Of a DNA stretch of 26,063 nucleotides, positions 1 through 10,100 are shown one piece after another (position 1 is the first letter of the stretch; each line of letters begins with the position of its first letter). This stretch comes from Desulfobacterales bacterium S5133MH16. GTDB lineage: Bacteria > Desulfobacterota > Desulfobacteria > Desulfobacterales > UBA11574. The notes under the pieces were generated by a model. That model had not been told where the DNA came from. It saw nothing but the letters and a program-made list of their open reading frames with translations, and made no database searches. Made by a program: the position numbers and the translations under genes. Where the stretch lies: positions 1 through 26,063 of the forward strand of contig MAXL01000486.1 of assembly GCA_001751005.1 (NCBI GenBank). Reading direction: 5' to 3'.

Positions 1-1776
1 ATACGATGTCTGCTCACTTCTGCCAACAACATCAAACTCTACCCTCCGGAGAGTAAGGCCGTCAGCTACTCCATTGAAGAACTTTGCAAGGCTCTGAAGG
101 AAATTTTGGTCAGACGGCCTGTCTTCACTTTATCACAAGTCGGCGATGGTCTTTTGGTGAACGGCATAAAGATAGACACCGCAGATTTCAAAACCATGGC
201 GGATAGTTTCCTCAAGCTTCTGGGAAGAATCGGATTAAGTAGTCTTACATTCCTAAAAAACATTTCCACTCAAGAACTGACAACGTTTATTGCTGCGCTC
301 GGACAATTTACGGATGATGAATTGAATAGCGAGTTCTGGCAGCTTTTTGCCATGAAGCAGAAATTATCCTGCATCCTGTTCGACCAAAGTCTTTATGAGA
401 TTCTGGAGGAACCGGTTGAAATCGGTTCTGACCGTACAGGGTCCATCGCGGAGCCAATGGTAGATGATGACACAGATCTTGCGTTTCGGATTGCGGTGAA
501 GACAGAAGTGGATGAGCCCATATCAAAATCGTTTCAGGTAAAAGAAGGTTCGGCGCCGCTCACGGAAGCTTTTATTGAATCAATAATGCAGCAGCTGCAC
601 GATCAGTTTCTCAAGGGTGACGGGAAAAAATCCCGGCAATTGGTCAACCAGCTTTTCCAGGGGTTCGCAGACCAGACCCACAAAATTCGCACGAAAGTGA
701 TCACTGCCTGTGGCAGTTTGCTCGATGATTTGGATTTCGCCTCCCAATCTCAATGGATTGAACTGCTATCAGATCCATTACTGATCATTTTGCCGGAAGA
801 GGAACATTTTGATATCCTTAAACAAACAAGCTTACTTCTTTCTCGAACTACTGCCCATCTCATTCAGTTTGGTGACTATGAGAGGGCCTGTCGAATACAT
901 TCTCATTTACGCCTGCGATGGCAACAGCTGCAAAGCCGTCAAGATCAACAGGTCCGGCAGGAGGAAATAACTTCCATTCAAAAGCTGGACCCGAAAACTC
1001 AGGGGATATTACTGGAAGATATGAAATCCCAGGACCCATCCCGGTTACAACTATCCACCCGCCTTCTTGGCAGTATGGGCCCGGCAGCCTTACCTGTACT
1101 TATCGAGATCATCAAAAAGGAAGATGACCTTAAATTGAGACAGATCGCTGCCCATCTGCTTGGAAATTTGGGTCCGGCAGCGACCAAGATTCTCAGACGT
1201 GAACTGATACTAGAAGGCTTTGCCGAGGAACGTGTGCGAATTCTGGATGTAATCGACAACGTAACCCAGAATCTAAAGACAGAACTGGCTTTCGCTCTGG
1301 GTGACGAGAGCCCCGAAGTTCGGCAAGCAGCGTTTCGTCTCGCAGAGCGCCTGAATAATGAGGATGTGACGTCGCTGCTGTTAGATTATGCCACCCAAGA
1401 AAATCAAAGTATGGCGGTATTTGCCATAAAATCCTTGGGAAAACTCAAATCCACGGAAGTAGTGGATGCGCTTGTTTCCCTGATGGATTCCACCAAAGAG
1501 ACGGAGCGTCTCATTGCCTGTTGCAGGGTTCTTGGGCGAATAGCTGACCCGGCCGGTGTCGAACCACTGGCCAAAATCATGGCCCCCGGAGGGTTTTTCT
1601 CTTTCCGTAAAAAAAAGAACGCCCGGGTTCGTGCCACCGCCGCTTTTGCACTGGCGCAGATAGATCATCCCAAGGTGGCTGAAGTACTCGCTCTTTATGT
1701 GGAAGACCGTGACCCACGGGTTCGACAAATCGCCCGAGATCAGGTGAACCCGCAAAATTCCTCCTCATCCCGCTAA
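1..1776 (+). CDS. HEAT-repeat domain protein, 5'-truncated by the window edge
   Basis: Frame is open from base 1 (IRCLLTSANNIKLYPPESKAV...), so the ORF-track start at 106 is not the true start. The C-terminal half has HEAT/PBS-lyase-like repeats (LGDESPEVRQAAFRLAERL, RVRATAAFALAQI, EDRDPRVRQIA). Confidence 0.8.
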   Translation: MRCLLTSANNIKLYPPESKAVSYSIEELCKALKEILVRRPVFTLSQVGDGLLVNGIKIDTADFKTMADSFLKLLGRIGLSSLTFLKNISTQELTTFIAALGQFTDDELNSEFWQLFAMKQKLSCILFDQSLYEILEEPVEIGSDRTGSIAEPMVDDDTDLAFRIAVKTEVDEPISKSFQVKEGSAPLTEAFIESIMQQLHDQFLKGDGKKSRQLVNQLFQGFADQTHKIRTKVITACGSLLDDLDFASQSQWIELLSDPLLIILPEEEHFDILKQTSLLLSRTTAHLIQFGDYERACRIHSHLRLRWQQLQSRQDQQVRQEEITSIQKLDPKTQGILLEDMKSQDPSRLQLSTRLLGSMGPAALPVLIEIIKKEDDLKLRQIAAHLLGNLGPAATKILRRELILEGFAEERVRILDVIDNVTQNLKTELAFALGDESPEVRQAAFRLAERLNNEDVTSLLLDYATQENQSMAVFAIKSLGKLKSTEVVDALVSLMDSTKETERLIACCRVLGRIADPAGVEPLAKIMAPGGFFSFRKKKNARVRATAAFALAQIDHPKVAEVLALYVEDRDPRVRQIARDQVNPQNSSSSR

Positions 1777-1854
1777 TGGAGGGACAGAACATTGAATCAT
1801 ATCTAAAGCTTTATGGAATCGAATTGTTTCAAACACCCGAGTGGTTGGGGTGGA

Positions 1855-3135
1855 CTAAAGATTCAACCGATTTACCATCGCTTCAAGATAAATCGATTTC
1901 ATTTGTTGACTGGCCATTGCCTGTTTAATGGGCGGAAGTTTCAGAATAATCCCTAAAACAGCGGCCATGGCACGGTGGCTTTTCAACATCTGATTGTCGA
2001 AAATCAACTCTTGAAGCTTGCCCTGCTCAATGGCCATAACCACCACCCGGTGGGCTGTATTCAGCGGTGTAATTACCCTCCGGTTCCTGGATTGCAGGTG
2101 AATGCAATCCTCGGGACAGACCCTGGCACAAACACCACATCCCAGACAAATTTTCTCGTTAACCCGTGCCTTTTTCTTTTTGGGATGATGGGGATCGTTG
2201 GCCGAAACCAGGCTCATCGCCTCGACCGGGCATACGGTTACACATTTTCTGCACCCCGTGCATGCCTCATCTTGAATTTTCGGGATGAAATTGGTTGTAT
2301 GAACCGGCTGCAAAATCGCAAATTTCCGGGCGGTAATCATGGCATCGCAGCAGCATCCGCAGCAATTGCAGATAAAATTCACATCCTTTCTAACATTGTC
2401 GCCGAATTGTACCAGATTGTGCAAATAAGCTGTTTCAAGCAGTTCCAGACATTCCGACACCTCAACCCGTCGGGCATAGTCATATTTTACCAGCGATGAC
2501 GCCACCGAGTTAAAGGTCATGCATATTTCTTTGGGCGCATCACAATCTCGGCCCATATGAGACATTTTATGGCGGCAATAGCAGGTGCTGATCCCTATGT
2601 GTGAAGCGGTTTTAATGACCTCGGTCGCCCTTTCATAATCAAAAATCTGTAATGCGTTCTCCCTTGAAAGAACCGGCTCATGAACAAAAACCCGTCCCAG
2701 CTTGGTTTCTCCGGTAAGAAACAGATTCTTGATAAAATCCTCTTCAACATTGAGATACTGGTAATACAGTTCGCTCAATAGTTTCTGATCAATGTCGCCT
2801 CTGATACGCATCAGGGAAAATTCAAAAAATCCCGCCATAGGGGGCGGCAAACAGTAAACCTGACGACCGTTCTCCTCCATATCCGTCAAAATAGCTCTGC
2901 CACACAGTTGGTCCAAAATTTTCCGTGCTCTGACCCCGTCCATTTTCCATACATGGGCGGCTTTTTCAGCGGAAAACGGTCTTAATGGTAATAGTGATAC
3001 CAGTTTGGCTTCTTTTTCGCTAAAAAGCATTTCCAGGATTTTGTATAATAGTTTTGAAGGAGGCGCGCCCTGGGGAAATCGATTCAAACGATCCACCAGC
3101 TGTACATACCCTGATTTTATGGTGTGATGGGCCAT
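1855..3135 (-). CDS. 4Fe-4S dicluster protein with N-terminal HTH-like region and Cys-rich middle domain
   Basis: CTGCRKCVTVCP and CLGCGVCARVCP ferredoxin motifs, plus CYCR, C(KEI)C and CNCCGCCC motifs. GGAGG RBS precedes ATG at 3135, which is preferred over the TTG at 3147. Confidence 0.8.
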   Translation of the reverse strand: MAHHTIKSGYVQLVDRLNRFPQGAPPSKLLYKILEMLFSEKEAKLVSLLPLRPFSAEKAAHVWKMDGVRARKILDQLCGRAILTDMEENGRQVYCLPPPMAGFFEFSLMRIRGDIDQKLLSELYYQYLNVEEDFIKNLFLTGETKLGRVFVHEPVLSRENALQIFDYERATEVIKTASHIGISTCYCRHKMSHMGRDCDAPKEICMTFNSVASSLVKYDYARRVEVSECLELLETAYLHNLVQFGDNVRKDVNFICNCCGCCCDAMITARKFAILQPVHTTNFIPKIQDEACTGCRKCVTVCPVEAMSLVSANDPHHPKKKKARVNEKICLGCGVCARVCPEDCIHLQSRNRRVITPLNTAHRVVVMAIEQGKLQELIFDNQMLKSHRAMAAVLGIILKLPPIKQAMASQQMKSIYLEAMVNRLNL

Positions 3136-3147
3136 AAAAACCTCCAA

Positions 3148-3645
3148 TTAAATTTCAAGGGTCTTTAAATATTCTACTGCTTTTGGAATTTCCCGTTCGC
3201 TGAAAACACGGATATTATTTTCTTGCAGAAGGACTGTGGTAACGCCTTTGCCCGGCTTTTCAATTCCGGAAAAACTACCGTCGTAAATATATGTACTGCC
3301 GCATGAAGGACTACCATCTTTCATGACGGCAAGCTTGATTTTACGTGAGCGAGCAAATTCAAGTGCTTTTTGAGCACCGGTCAAAAAATATTGGGTAACA
3401 TCCTTCCCTTTGATGTTCATGATCCTTGCATGCCCATTCAATACCGCACTTCCATCGTAGCACAAGATTTCTGAACAGGGTCTTGGCACCGGAAGCCCGC
3501 CGGCAACTTCGGGGCAAAATGGCACCAGACGTCCCCGGAGCTTCCAATCCGATAACATACGGCTATCATACTGCTTAACCCGTCCGTTGTAACGGACATT
3601 TTCTCCGATTAAGCAGGCGCTGACAAGCACTTTATTCATTTTCAC
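3148..3645 (-). CDS. DUF523 / 2-thiouracil desulfurase (TudS)-family protein
   Basis: Family motifs VSACLIGENVRYNG, CPEVAGGLPVPR and KDGSPSCGS. Start is GTG 3645 or ATG 3639. Confidence 0.85.
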   Translation of the reverse strand: MKMNKVLVSACLIGENVRYNGRVKQYDSRMLSDWKLRGRLVPFCPEVAGGLPVPRPCSEILCYDGSAVLNGHARIMNIKGKDVTQYFLTGAQKALEFARSRKIKLAVMKDGSPSCGSTYIYDGSFSGIEKPGKGVTTVLLQENNIRVFSEREIPKAVEYLKTLEI

Positions 3646-3733
3646 CCATAATTTTTTACAGTTGAATCATCAGATTGTATGATACCATAAACTCTATTTC
3701 ATCGAGTTTCAAGTTTTACCGAAGAGTGAAGAA

Positions 3734-3887
3734 TTGATGGCTTCGTAAAAGTCCGATTTAGACGGTTTCGTAAAAAGTTCAAATTCAAGGCGTGCAAATT
3801 TTGCAATCATGAGGCATACTTATCGTACGTTGAATGATTGTGAAATGCAGCACAACGCAGAAGTTGGACTTTTTACGAGACCGTCAA
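3734..3887. mobile_element. MITE-like palindromic element, type A copy 1
   Basis: Imperfect ~22-bp terminal inverted repeats TTGATGGCTTCGTAAAAGTCC / GGACTTTTTACGAGACCGTCAA, with a second internal copy of the left end. About 93% identical by hand alignment to the reverse complement of 12104-12258. No coding capacity. Confidence 0.85.
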
Positions 3888-4055
3888 GAATTTGGCCCGT
3901 TGTTTTAGTAACCCCATTGCCGCACTTTCGCAATAAATTTTAAAGATCAACACTCTTCCTCCTTGAAACTATTCGTGCAGGCAAAACATAAAATTATAGA
4001 CACCCCCCGTAAAAATTAGCCGGCATCTTCTAAAGTCGTTATGTTTTCAAAATTT

Positions 4056-4086
4056 ATTGTTTGACACAATCTAACAATTGTATTAT
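4056..4086 (+). promoter_or_regulatory. Possible -35 box (TTGACA 4061-4066) inside an ATTGT-N5-ACAAT palindrome upstream of the kor/hdr cluster
   Basis: Sequence ATTGTTTGACACAATCTAACAATTGTATTAT. The -10 spacing is not canonical (TATTAT at 14 bp). Confidence 0.35.
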
Positions 4087-4142
4087 TCGATGCTGTTTTT
4101 ATTTAAATTTATAGAACCGCCTAAATAATTGGAGAAATGCCT

Positions 4143-4442
4143 ATGGAATTCTGGAGGGTTCCACTTGACGCGGACACAATACAAGTCTCTCTAGGCATCG
4201 TGCACATCCTGGAGGATCGATGTAAAGGATGCGGATACTGTATCGAGTACTGCCCCAAGCAGGCTCTGGAATTTTCTGCAAATTTCAACCAAAAAGGATA
4301 TCATCCCCCGGTGGTTATAAAGCCCGAGGAATGTGTTAACTGTCACTACTGCGAAATCATTTGCCCGGAGTTTGCTATATTTTCAGTAGAAAGCCCACAA
4401 ACGACCAAACCCGGCCAATCCGAAACCAACCATGCGATATAA
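4143..4442 (+). CDS. korD: 2x[4Fe-4S] ferredoxin-like delta subunit of 2-oxoacid:ferredoxin oxidoreductase
   Basis: CKGCGYCIEYCP and CVNCHYCEIICP motifs; first gene of the oxidoreductase cluster. GGAGA RBS spacing favours ATG 4143 over 4137. Confidence 0.8.
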   Translation: MEFWRVPLDADTIQVSLGIVHILEDRCKGCGYCIEYCPKQALEFSANFNQKGYHPPVVIKPEECVNCHYCEIICPEFAIFSVESPQTTKPGQSETNHAI

Positions 4443-4513
4443 ACCGGCAATCATCATTTTAACTATATGAAACCACGGAAGCACACAGATTATAAAGGTT
4501 AGACAAGAGACAA

Positions 4514-5659
4514 ATGAAACCAGCGGTCCTTACCGGTGAATATTTTATGACCGGCGACGTTGCCTGTGCCGAAGGCGCACTGGCAGCAGGATGCCGTTTT
4601 TTTGGGGGATACCCCATAACACCAGCCACTGAGATCGCCGAACGGATGGCTATCCGGCTTTCTCATGTTGACGGATGTTTTATCCAGATGGAAGACGAAA
4701 TCGGCGCCATGGCCTCAGTACTTGGTGCATCATGGGGCGGTATGAAAAGCATGACCGCCACTTCCGGTCCCGGTTTCAGTCTTATGATGGAAAATATTGG
4801 TCTGGGGATCTGTACAGAAACTCCCTGTGTTGTGGTAAATGTTCAGCGCGGCGGTCCCTCTACAGGTCTTCCTACCCATGGTGCCCAGGGCGACATGATG
4901 CAGGCCCGATGGGGATCACATGGGCACTATGAAATTATTGCCCTAGCGCCGTCCTCACCCCAGGAAATATTTTATTTAACGATCACAGCGTTTAATCTGA
5001 GTGAAAAATATCGGTTGCCGGTTCTCATCATGACCGACGAAATCATTGGGCATATGAGTGAAAAAGTCATTATACCCGAGGCAAAATCAATTAAGACTGT
5101 ATCACGTCCCAAACCCAAAGGGAGAAAAGACCGCTTCAAACCCTTTGCACCCGGGCCTAACGGTGTCGCACCCATGCCGGCGGCAGGGGAAGGCTATAAC
5201 CTGCACATTACTGGTCTTACCCACGATGAAAAGGGGTACCCGGTAATGACCGTAGAAGCTCAGACGGAGATGATGGCCAGGATTACCGAAAAAATCCAAA
5301 GAAATTTAGACGACATCATTCGGACAGATAGTTACCTCCTCGAAGATGCTGAAATTGCCGTTGTTTCTTATGGAATTTCGGCCCGAACCAGCATTGCCGC
5401 GGTAGCTGAAGCCAGAAAGCTGGGGATCAAGGCCGGACTTTTGCGTCTGGTGACGATCTGGCCTTTTCCCGAAGATCAGATTCGCAAGTTGGCAGACAGA
5501 GTCAAGGGATTCGTGACGGTAGAAATTAATCTGGGTCAGATTCATCGGGAGGTTGAACGATGCGCAGGGGGCAAGGTTCCTATCTTTTTAGTCGGACATC
5601 CCGGCGGGACGATTATCCATCCGGACAGCGTTGTTAAAATGTTGATGGAGGCCTTTTAA
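4514..5659 (+). CDS. korA: 2-oxoacid:ferredoxin oxidoreductase alpha subunit
   Basis: GYPITPATE, QMEDEI, TATSGPGFSLM and QRGGPSTGLPT motifs. Substrate specificity is not determinable from sequence. Confidence 0.93.
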   Translation: MKPAVLTGEYFMTGDVACAEGALAAGCRFFGGYPITPATEIAERMAIRLSHVDGCFIQMEDEIGAMASVLGASWGGMKSMTATSGPGFSLMMENIGLGICTETPCVVVNVQRGGPSTGLPTHGAQGDMMQARWGSHGHYEIIALAPSSPQEIFYLTITAFNLSEKYRLPVLIMTDEIIGHMSEKVIIPEAKSIKTVSRPKPKGRKDRFKPFAPGPNGVAPMPAAGEGYNLHITGLTHDEKGYPVMTVEAQTEMMARITEKIQRNLDDIIRTDSYLLEDAEIAVVSYGISARTSIAAVAEARKLGIKAGLLRLVTIWPFPEDQIRKLADRVKGFVTVEINLGQIHREVERCAGGKVPIFLVGHPGGTIIHPDSVVKMLMEAF

Positions 5660-5662
5660 ACC

Positions 5663-6535
5663 ATGGAAGAAATCCCGACACCATCCAAAGAACAACCCCA
5701 TCATCCCCTGGATGATCTTATCCGCACGGATCGCATTCCCCATATCTGGTGTCCGGGGTGCGGAATCGGAACGGTGTTTTCTGCGTGTCTGGCTGCTCTG
5801 AAAGCAAGCGGTATCAACCTTCAAAAAACTGTGATGGTCTCGGGAATCGGCTGTTCGGGACGTGCCGCCGGTTATGTTAAGCTGGATTCCTTTCATACAA
5901 CTCACGGGAGGGCCATACCCTTTGCCACAGGATTAAAACTTGCCAACCCCGAACTTAATATCGTGGTTTTCAGCGGTGACGGCGATCTCTTCGCCATCGG
6001 CGGAAACCATTTTATCCATGCAGCCCGGCGGAATATGGATATAACGGTTATCTGTGTAAATAATTTAAATTATGGCATGACCGGCGGCCAGGTGGCCGCA
6101 ACCACACCTTACCTGGCGAAATCGACAACAACACCTGCCGGAAATCCTGAAACTCCTTTTAATCTGCCGTTAATGGCCTATGCGTGCGGCGCCACGTATG
6201 TGGCCCGATGGACCATGCTGCACATCAGGGATCTTACGGATTCCATAACAGAAGCGCTTTGTAAAAAAGGGTTTTCCTTTATTGAAGCACTTTCTCCGTG
6301 TCCGGTAAATTACGGTCGACGCAATAAACAAAAACCCCTTGATATGTTAAAGTTATACCAGGAAAAAGCGATTATCAAAAATGATGCGGATCCTGCTACA
6401 CTTGATATAGACTTTGAAAAGGGCATCATTTTGGGCAAATTTATCGATCTGGATCGACCAACGTTTATTGAAAATTATGACAAAATCTACCGGCCGAGCC
6501 GTCTTCAGGAAAACGTTCCGGAGTTGAACTCATGA
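5663..6535 (+). CDS. korB: 2-oxoacid:ferredoxin oxidoreductase beta subunit (TPP-binding)
   Basis: WCPGCG, SGIGCS, GDGD...GGNH and NNLNYGMTGGQ motifs, plus SPCP. Confidence 0.93.
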   Translation: MEEIPTPSKEQPHHPLDDLIRTDRIPHIWCPGCGIGTVFSACLAALKASGINLQKTVMVSGIGCSGRAAGYVKLDSFHTTHGRAIPFATGLKLANPELNIVVFSGDGDLFAIGGNHFIHAARRNMDITVICVNNLNYGMTGGQVAATTPYLAKSTTTPAGNPETPFNLPLMAYACGATYVARWTMLHIRDLTDSITEALCKKGFSFIEALSPCPVNYGRRNKQKPLDMLKLYQEKAIIKNDADPATLDIDFEKGIILGKFIDLDRPTFIENYDKIYRPSRLQENVPELNS

Positions 6536-7140
6536 CCGACTCTCAAAATCATAAACAGAAAAAAAAGGAAATTATAATCACAGGCTTTGGTGGGCAGGGT
6601 ATTATCCTTGCGGGTATTATCCTGGGAAAAGCGGCTGCCATTGGTGAACACAGGGAAAGCACACTTGTCCAGTCATACGGGCCCGAGTCTCGTGGAGGGT
6701 CGTGTAGTGCTCAGGTTGTCATTTCCGATGAAATGATTCATTACCCTTATGTCAATCACCCGGATATTTTGGTCTGCATGTCTCAATCAGGCTATGATAA
6801 ACTCATCAAACAGATGAAGGAAAACGGAACGTTAATCATTGATCAAAATCTGGTTCACCCGGCCCGTGGATTGAAATGTGACTTTTTTTCTATCCCTGCC
6901 ACCAGCATGGCCGAAGAGCTTGGACGAGTAATGATTGCCAATATCATTATGCTCGGTTTTTTAACAGCCGTCACAGAGATTATTTCCATGGATGCAGCCC
7001 AAAAATCCGTCACAGAATCAGTTCCAAAGGGCACTGAAAAACTTAACACCAAGGCCTTTAAAAAAGGTCATGACTATGGTCTGGCCACGCTCAAGGGACG
7101 ACAGAAAAAGGCCGCGGGTCAAGCAGGAGCGATTTCATGA
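6532..7140 (+). CDS. korC: 2-oxoacid:ferredoxin oxidoreductase gamma subunit
   Basis: GFGGQGIILAG, QSYGPESRGG and ANIIMLG motifs; ATGA overlap with korB. Confidence 0.92.
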   Translation: MTDSQNHKQKKKEIIITGFGGQGIILAGIILGKAAAIGEHRESTLVQSYGPESRGGSCSAQVVISDEMIHYPYVNHPDILVCMSQSGYDKLIKQMKENGTLIIDQNLVHPARGLKCDFFSIPATSMAEELGRVMIANIIMLGFLTAVTEIISMDAAQKSVTESVPKGTEKLNTKAFKKGHDYGLATLKGRQKKAAGQAGAIS

Positions 7141-10100
7141 AACGTCCCAAAGAACGGCTTCACCGGGTCACGGTTATCGGAGCGACACCGGCCGGCATCG
7201 CCGCAACCAACAAGCTTGGAGAACTGGGCATTCCCCTTACCCTTGTTGATTCTGATTATGATCTGGATAAAAAACTTTCCCGGGATGAGTGGGTTCTGAA
7301 ATCAGGTGTTCCTTTAAACCATGCCCATCGACCCGGGCTTATCAGAATTTTGAGAAACCCTGGCATTCGATGCATTTTTCCCGCAAAAATCTCCTCGATT
7401 AAGCATAATCGACAAGGATTCCGTGTTCACCTAAACATCCTTCAAACCTTCGTAGATCAAGACAAATGCACCCTTTGCGGTCGTTGTGTTGAAATCTGCC
7501 CGGTTCTGCTTCCCGGAGGAGAAAAAGCTATCCAAATTAACAGTCAGCGAAGCCTTCCCGGCAGGCCGGTCATAGACAAGCGGTGCCGGCCACTCTGCCA
7601 GGCAAACTGTCCGCTAGGGGTAAACGCCCAGGGTTACATCGCCCTTGTAAAAGCCGGCAGGTTTGCCGAAGCGCTTGACCTTATCAGGGAAAATAATGTT
7701 CTGCCCGGCATTTGCGGACGCATTTGTACCCACCCTTGTGAGAACTTTTGCAGAAGGGGTGAACTTGATGAGCCTGTCGCCATTATGGATATTAAGCGAT
7801 TTGTGGCAGACTATGATCGCTCCGATCCCAAAGACATAAAATTATCTGATGTTCATAACAGGTCAGAAAAGATCGTCATTATCGGCTCAGGCCCGGCCGG
7901 GATTGCCGCCGCTGCGGACCTGGCCCGATTCGGCCATGATGTAACCGTTTTCGAAAAAGAGAAAGAAGTTGGCGGGTTGCTCCGTTACGGAATTGGGCGT
8001 CATCGCCTGCCCAAAGATATCCTGGATGTTGATCTTGAGTATATTAAGAAACTTGGTGTACGATTCATTATCGGCCATGCCATTGATCTGGTCCAAGATA
8101 TGGATCGGCTCAAAAAAGACTTTGACGCTGTCATTATCTCCATTGGGACGTGGGCTGACCTAAAATTAGGGGTCCCCGGAGAGATGCTGGAAGGGGTTGA
8201 AGGCTGCCTCTCTTTTTTGGGACGTCTCTATCGCGGCGAAATAAAAGCACTAAACGAAAAAGTAGCGGTGATTGGGGACGGCAACGCCGCATTTGACCTG
8301 GCCCGCACACTCTTGCGTCTGGGTGCCCATGTCACAATTCTATCCTGGTTCCCTGAAGATCTTATCCCTGCCAATACCGAAGAAATTGGGGCCACCAGGG
8401 AAGAAGGAATTCTGATTCGGGACTGCACCCAAACCATTGCGTTCTTAGGTCAAAACGGTAAGCTCAATCGGCTGCGTTGCATGCCCACCAAACCCGGAGA
8501 ACCTGATGCTCAGGGTATCCCCTGGCCGGTCATTATCCCCAATAGCCAGCCCTTTGAACTCGAGTTTGACCGGGCTTTTGTTGCCATCGGTCAAAGGGGC
8601 GCACTCCAGGGCAAAAACAATTCGTTCAGCTTTACTGTTTCGGAACAAGGATTGATTGAGGTTGATGAATATTTGCGCACGAATTTATCGAATGTCTATG
8701 CTGTGGGAGATGCGGTTTCAGGACCCTCATCCGTTGTTGAGGCCATGGCCGCAGGCAGGAGGGTTGCCCGCACCGTTCATAGCGATATTTGTAAAGAGGA
8801 GGTCTTTTACCCTCAGCTCTTAAGACCGGAGGACAAAGATTTTCCGGAAATTCCGGCGGACATACCTTCTCAGGCACGGACGATTATGCCGGAAAGGCAA
8901 CCTGCGGTGCGCAAGGATAGTTTCTTGGAAGTCTCCATGGGCCTGAGTGAACAACAGGTCTTTTTGGAAGCAGCCCGTTGTCTTCAATGCGGAGTCTGCA
9001 GCGAATGTCTTCAGTGCGTTGATGCGTGCGGTGCAATCCTTGCAATAAACCATGTACAGGCTCCGGAAGAAACCATTGAACAAACCGGTGTGGTTATCAT
9101 TGCAGACCCGGAATTAGCCCCGAAGATAAAGGGTGAGGATGTCATCCGAGTGTATGGGCCCAGAGCGGCAAAGCCGGATGTTAACGCCATGTTTGTTCGA
9201 GGCTTTGCCGCAGCTTCCCAGGCCATGATATTGCTTGGGGGAACCTTACAACGGCCAAAAGGATATGGTTTGTCGTTTTCCACTCCTGATCCGGGTCTTT
9301 CTCCGGAAATCCGAGTGGGAGTTTTTGTCTGTAAATGTAACAATACCTTTGGATGGCTTGATGACATGAATCAATATGTCGCGGGATTACAATCTCAAGA
9401 AGATGTGGTTCATGCTCAAGTTGTAAACTCGGCCTGTACTCATGAAGGATCATCGAGTATTATCCGAACGATTCGTGAAAAAGGACTCACCCGCGTGGTA
9501 CTGGCATCCTGTGTCTGCTGCCCCCTCAATTTTATTTGCAGCGCCTGTACGGACCAGCGAAGCCGTCTGAAAAACGCCTTGTTTACCGGGACAGGGATCA
9601 GTCGTTCAATGGTGCAGACATGCAACTTAAGAGGAGAAGTCCTTCGTCTTTTAAAACAAAATAAGTCCCTGGCCGTGAAAAAATTTACCGGACTCATCGA
9701 TCGTTCCGTCAATCGGGCAAGAAGATTGAAACCGCTTCCGGATCTTATTAGAAACTATAATTTCACTACGGCGGTAATCGGGACCTCCGAAGTCGCCATA
9801 AGCAGTGCATTGAGCCTTGCCCAAGCAGGGCTGGAGGTATTTTGGTTCCCACAGTCGCAAAAACCGCCGAATCAAATTCCTGATCATCCCAATGTGCACA
9901 GCTTCGGAGGCTTTTCCATCAAAGAATTGAGCGGAACTCTTGGTAATTTTCACATCATCGCAGAATCAGGCAATTCCCGACAAATAATAACTGTGGGAAC
10001 GGTCATCCTGGATGAAAAGTCAAGAAAGAACATTAAGTATATTCACCAGGAGGGTCTGCCGGGCCGAACCGTATCTTCTTCTATGCAGGACATGGGCGTG

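Noticed and set aside
1776-1786. ATGGAGGGACA matching part of the type B right TIR
   Set aside because: Only 11 bp, with no partner end or core nearby; may be chance.
4471-4489. AACCACGGAAGCACACAGA resembling short intergenic repeat units I recall from related genomes
   Set aside because: Single copy in the window with no inverted partner; cannot be supported.
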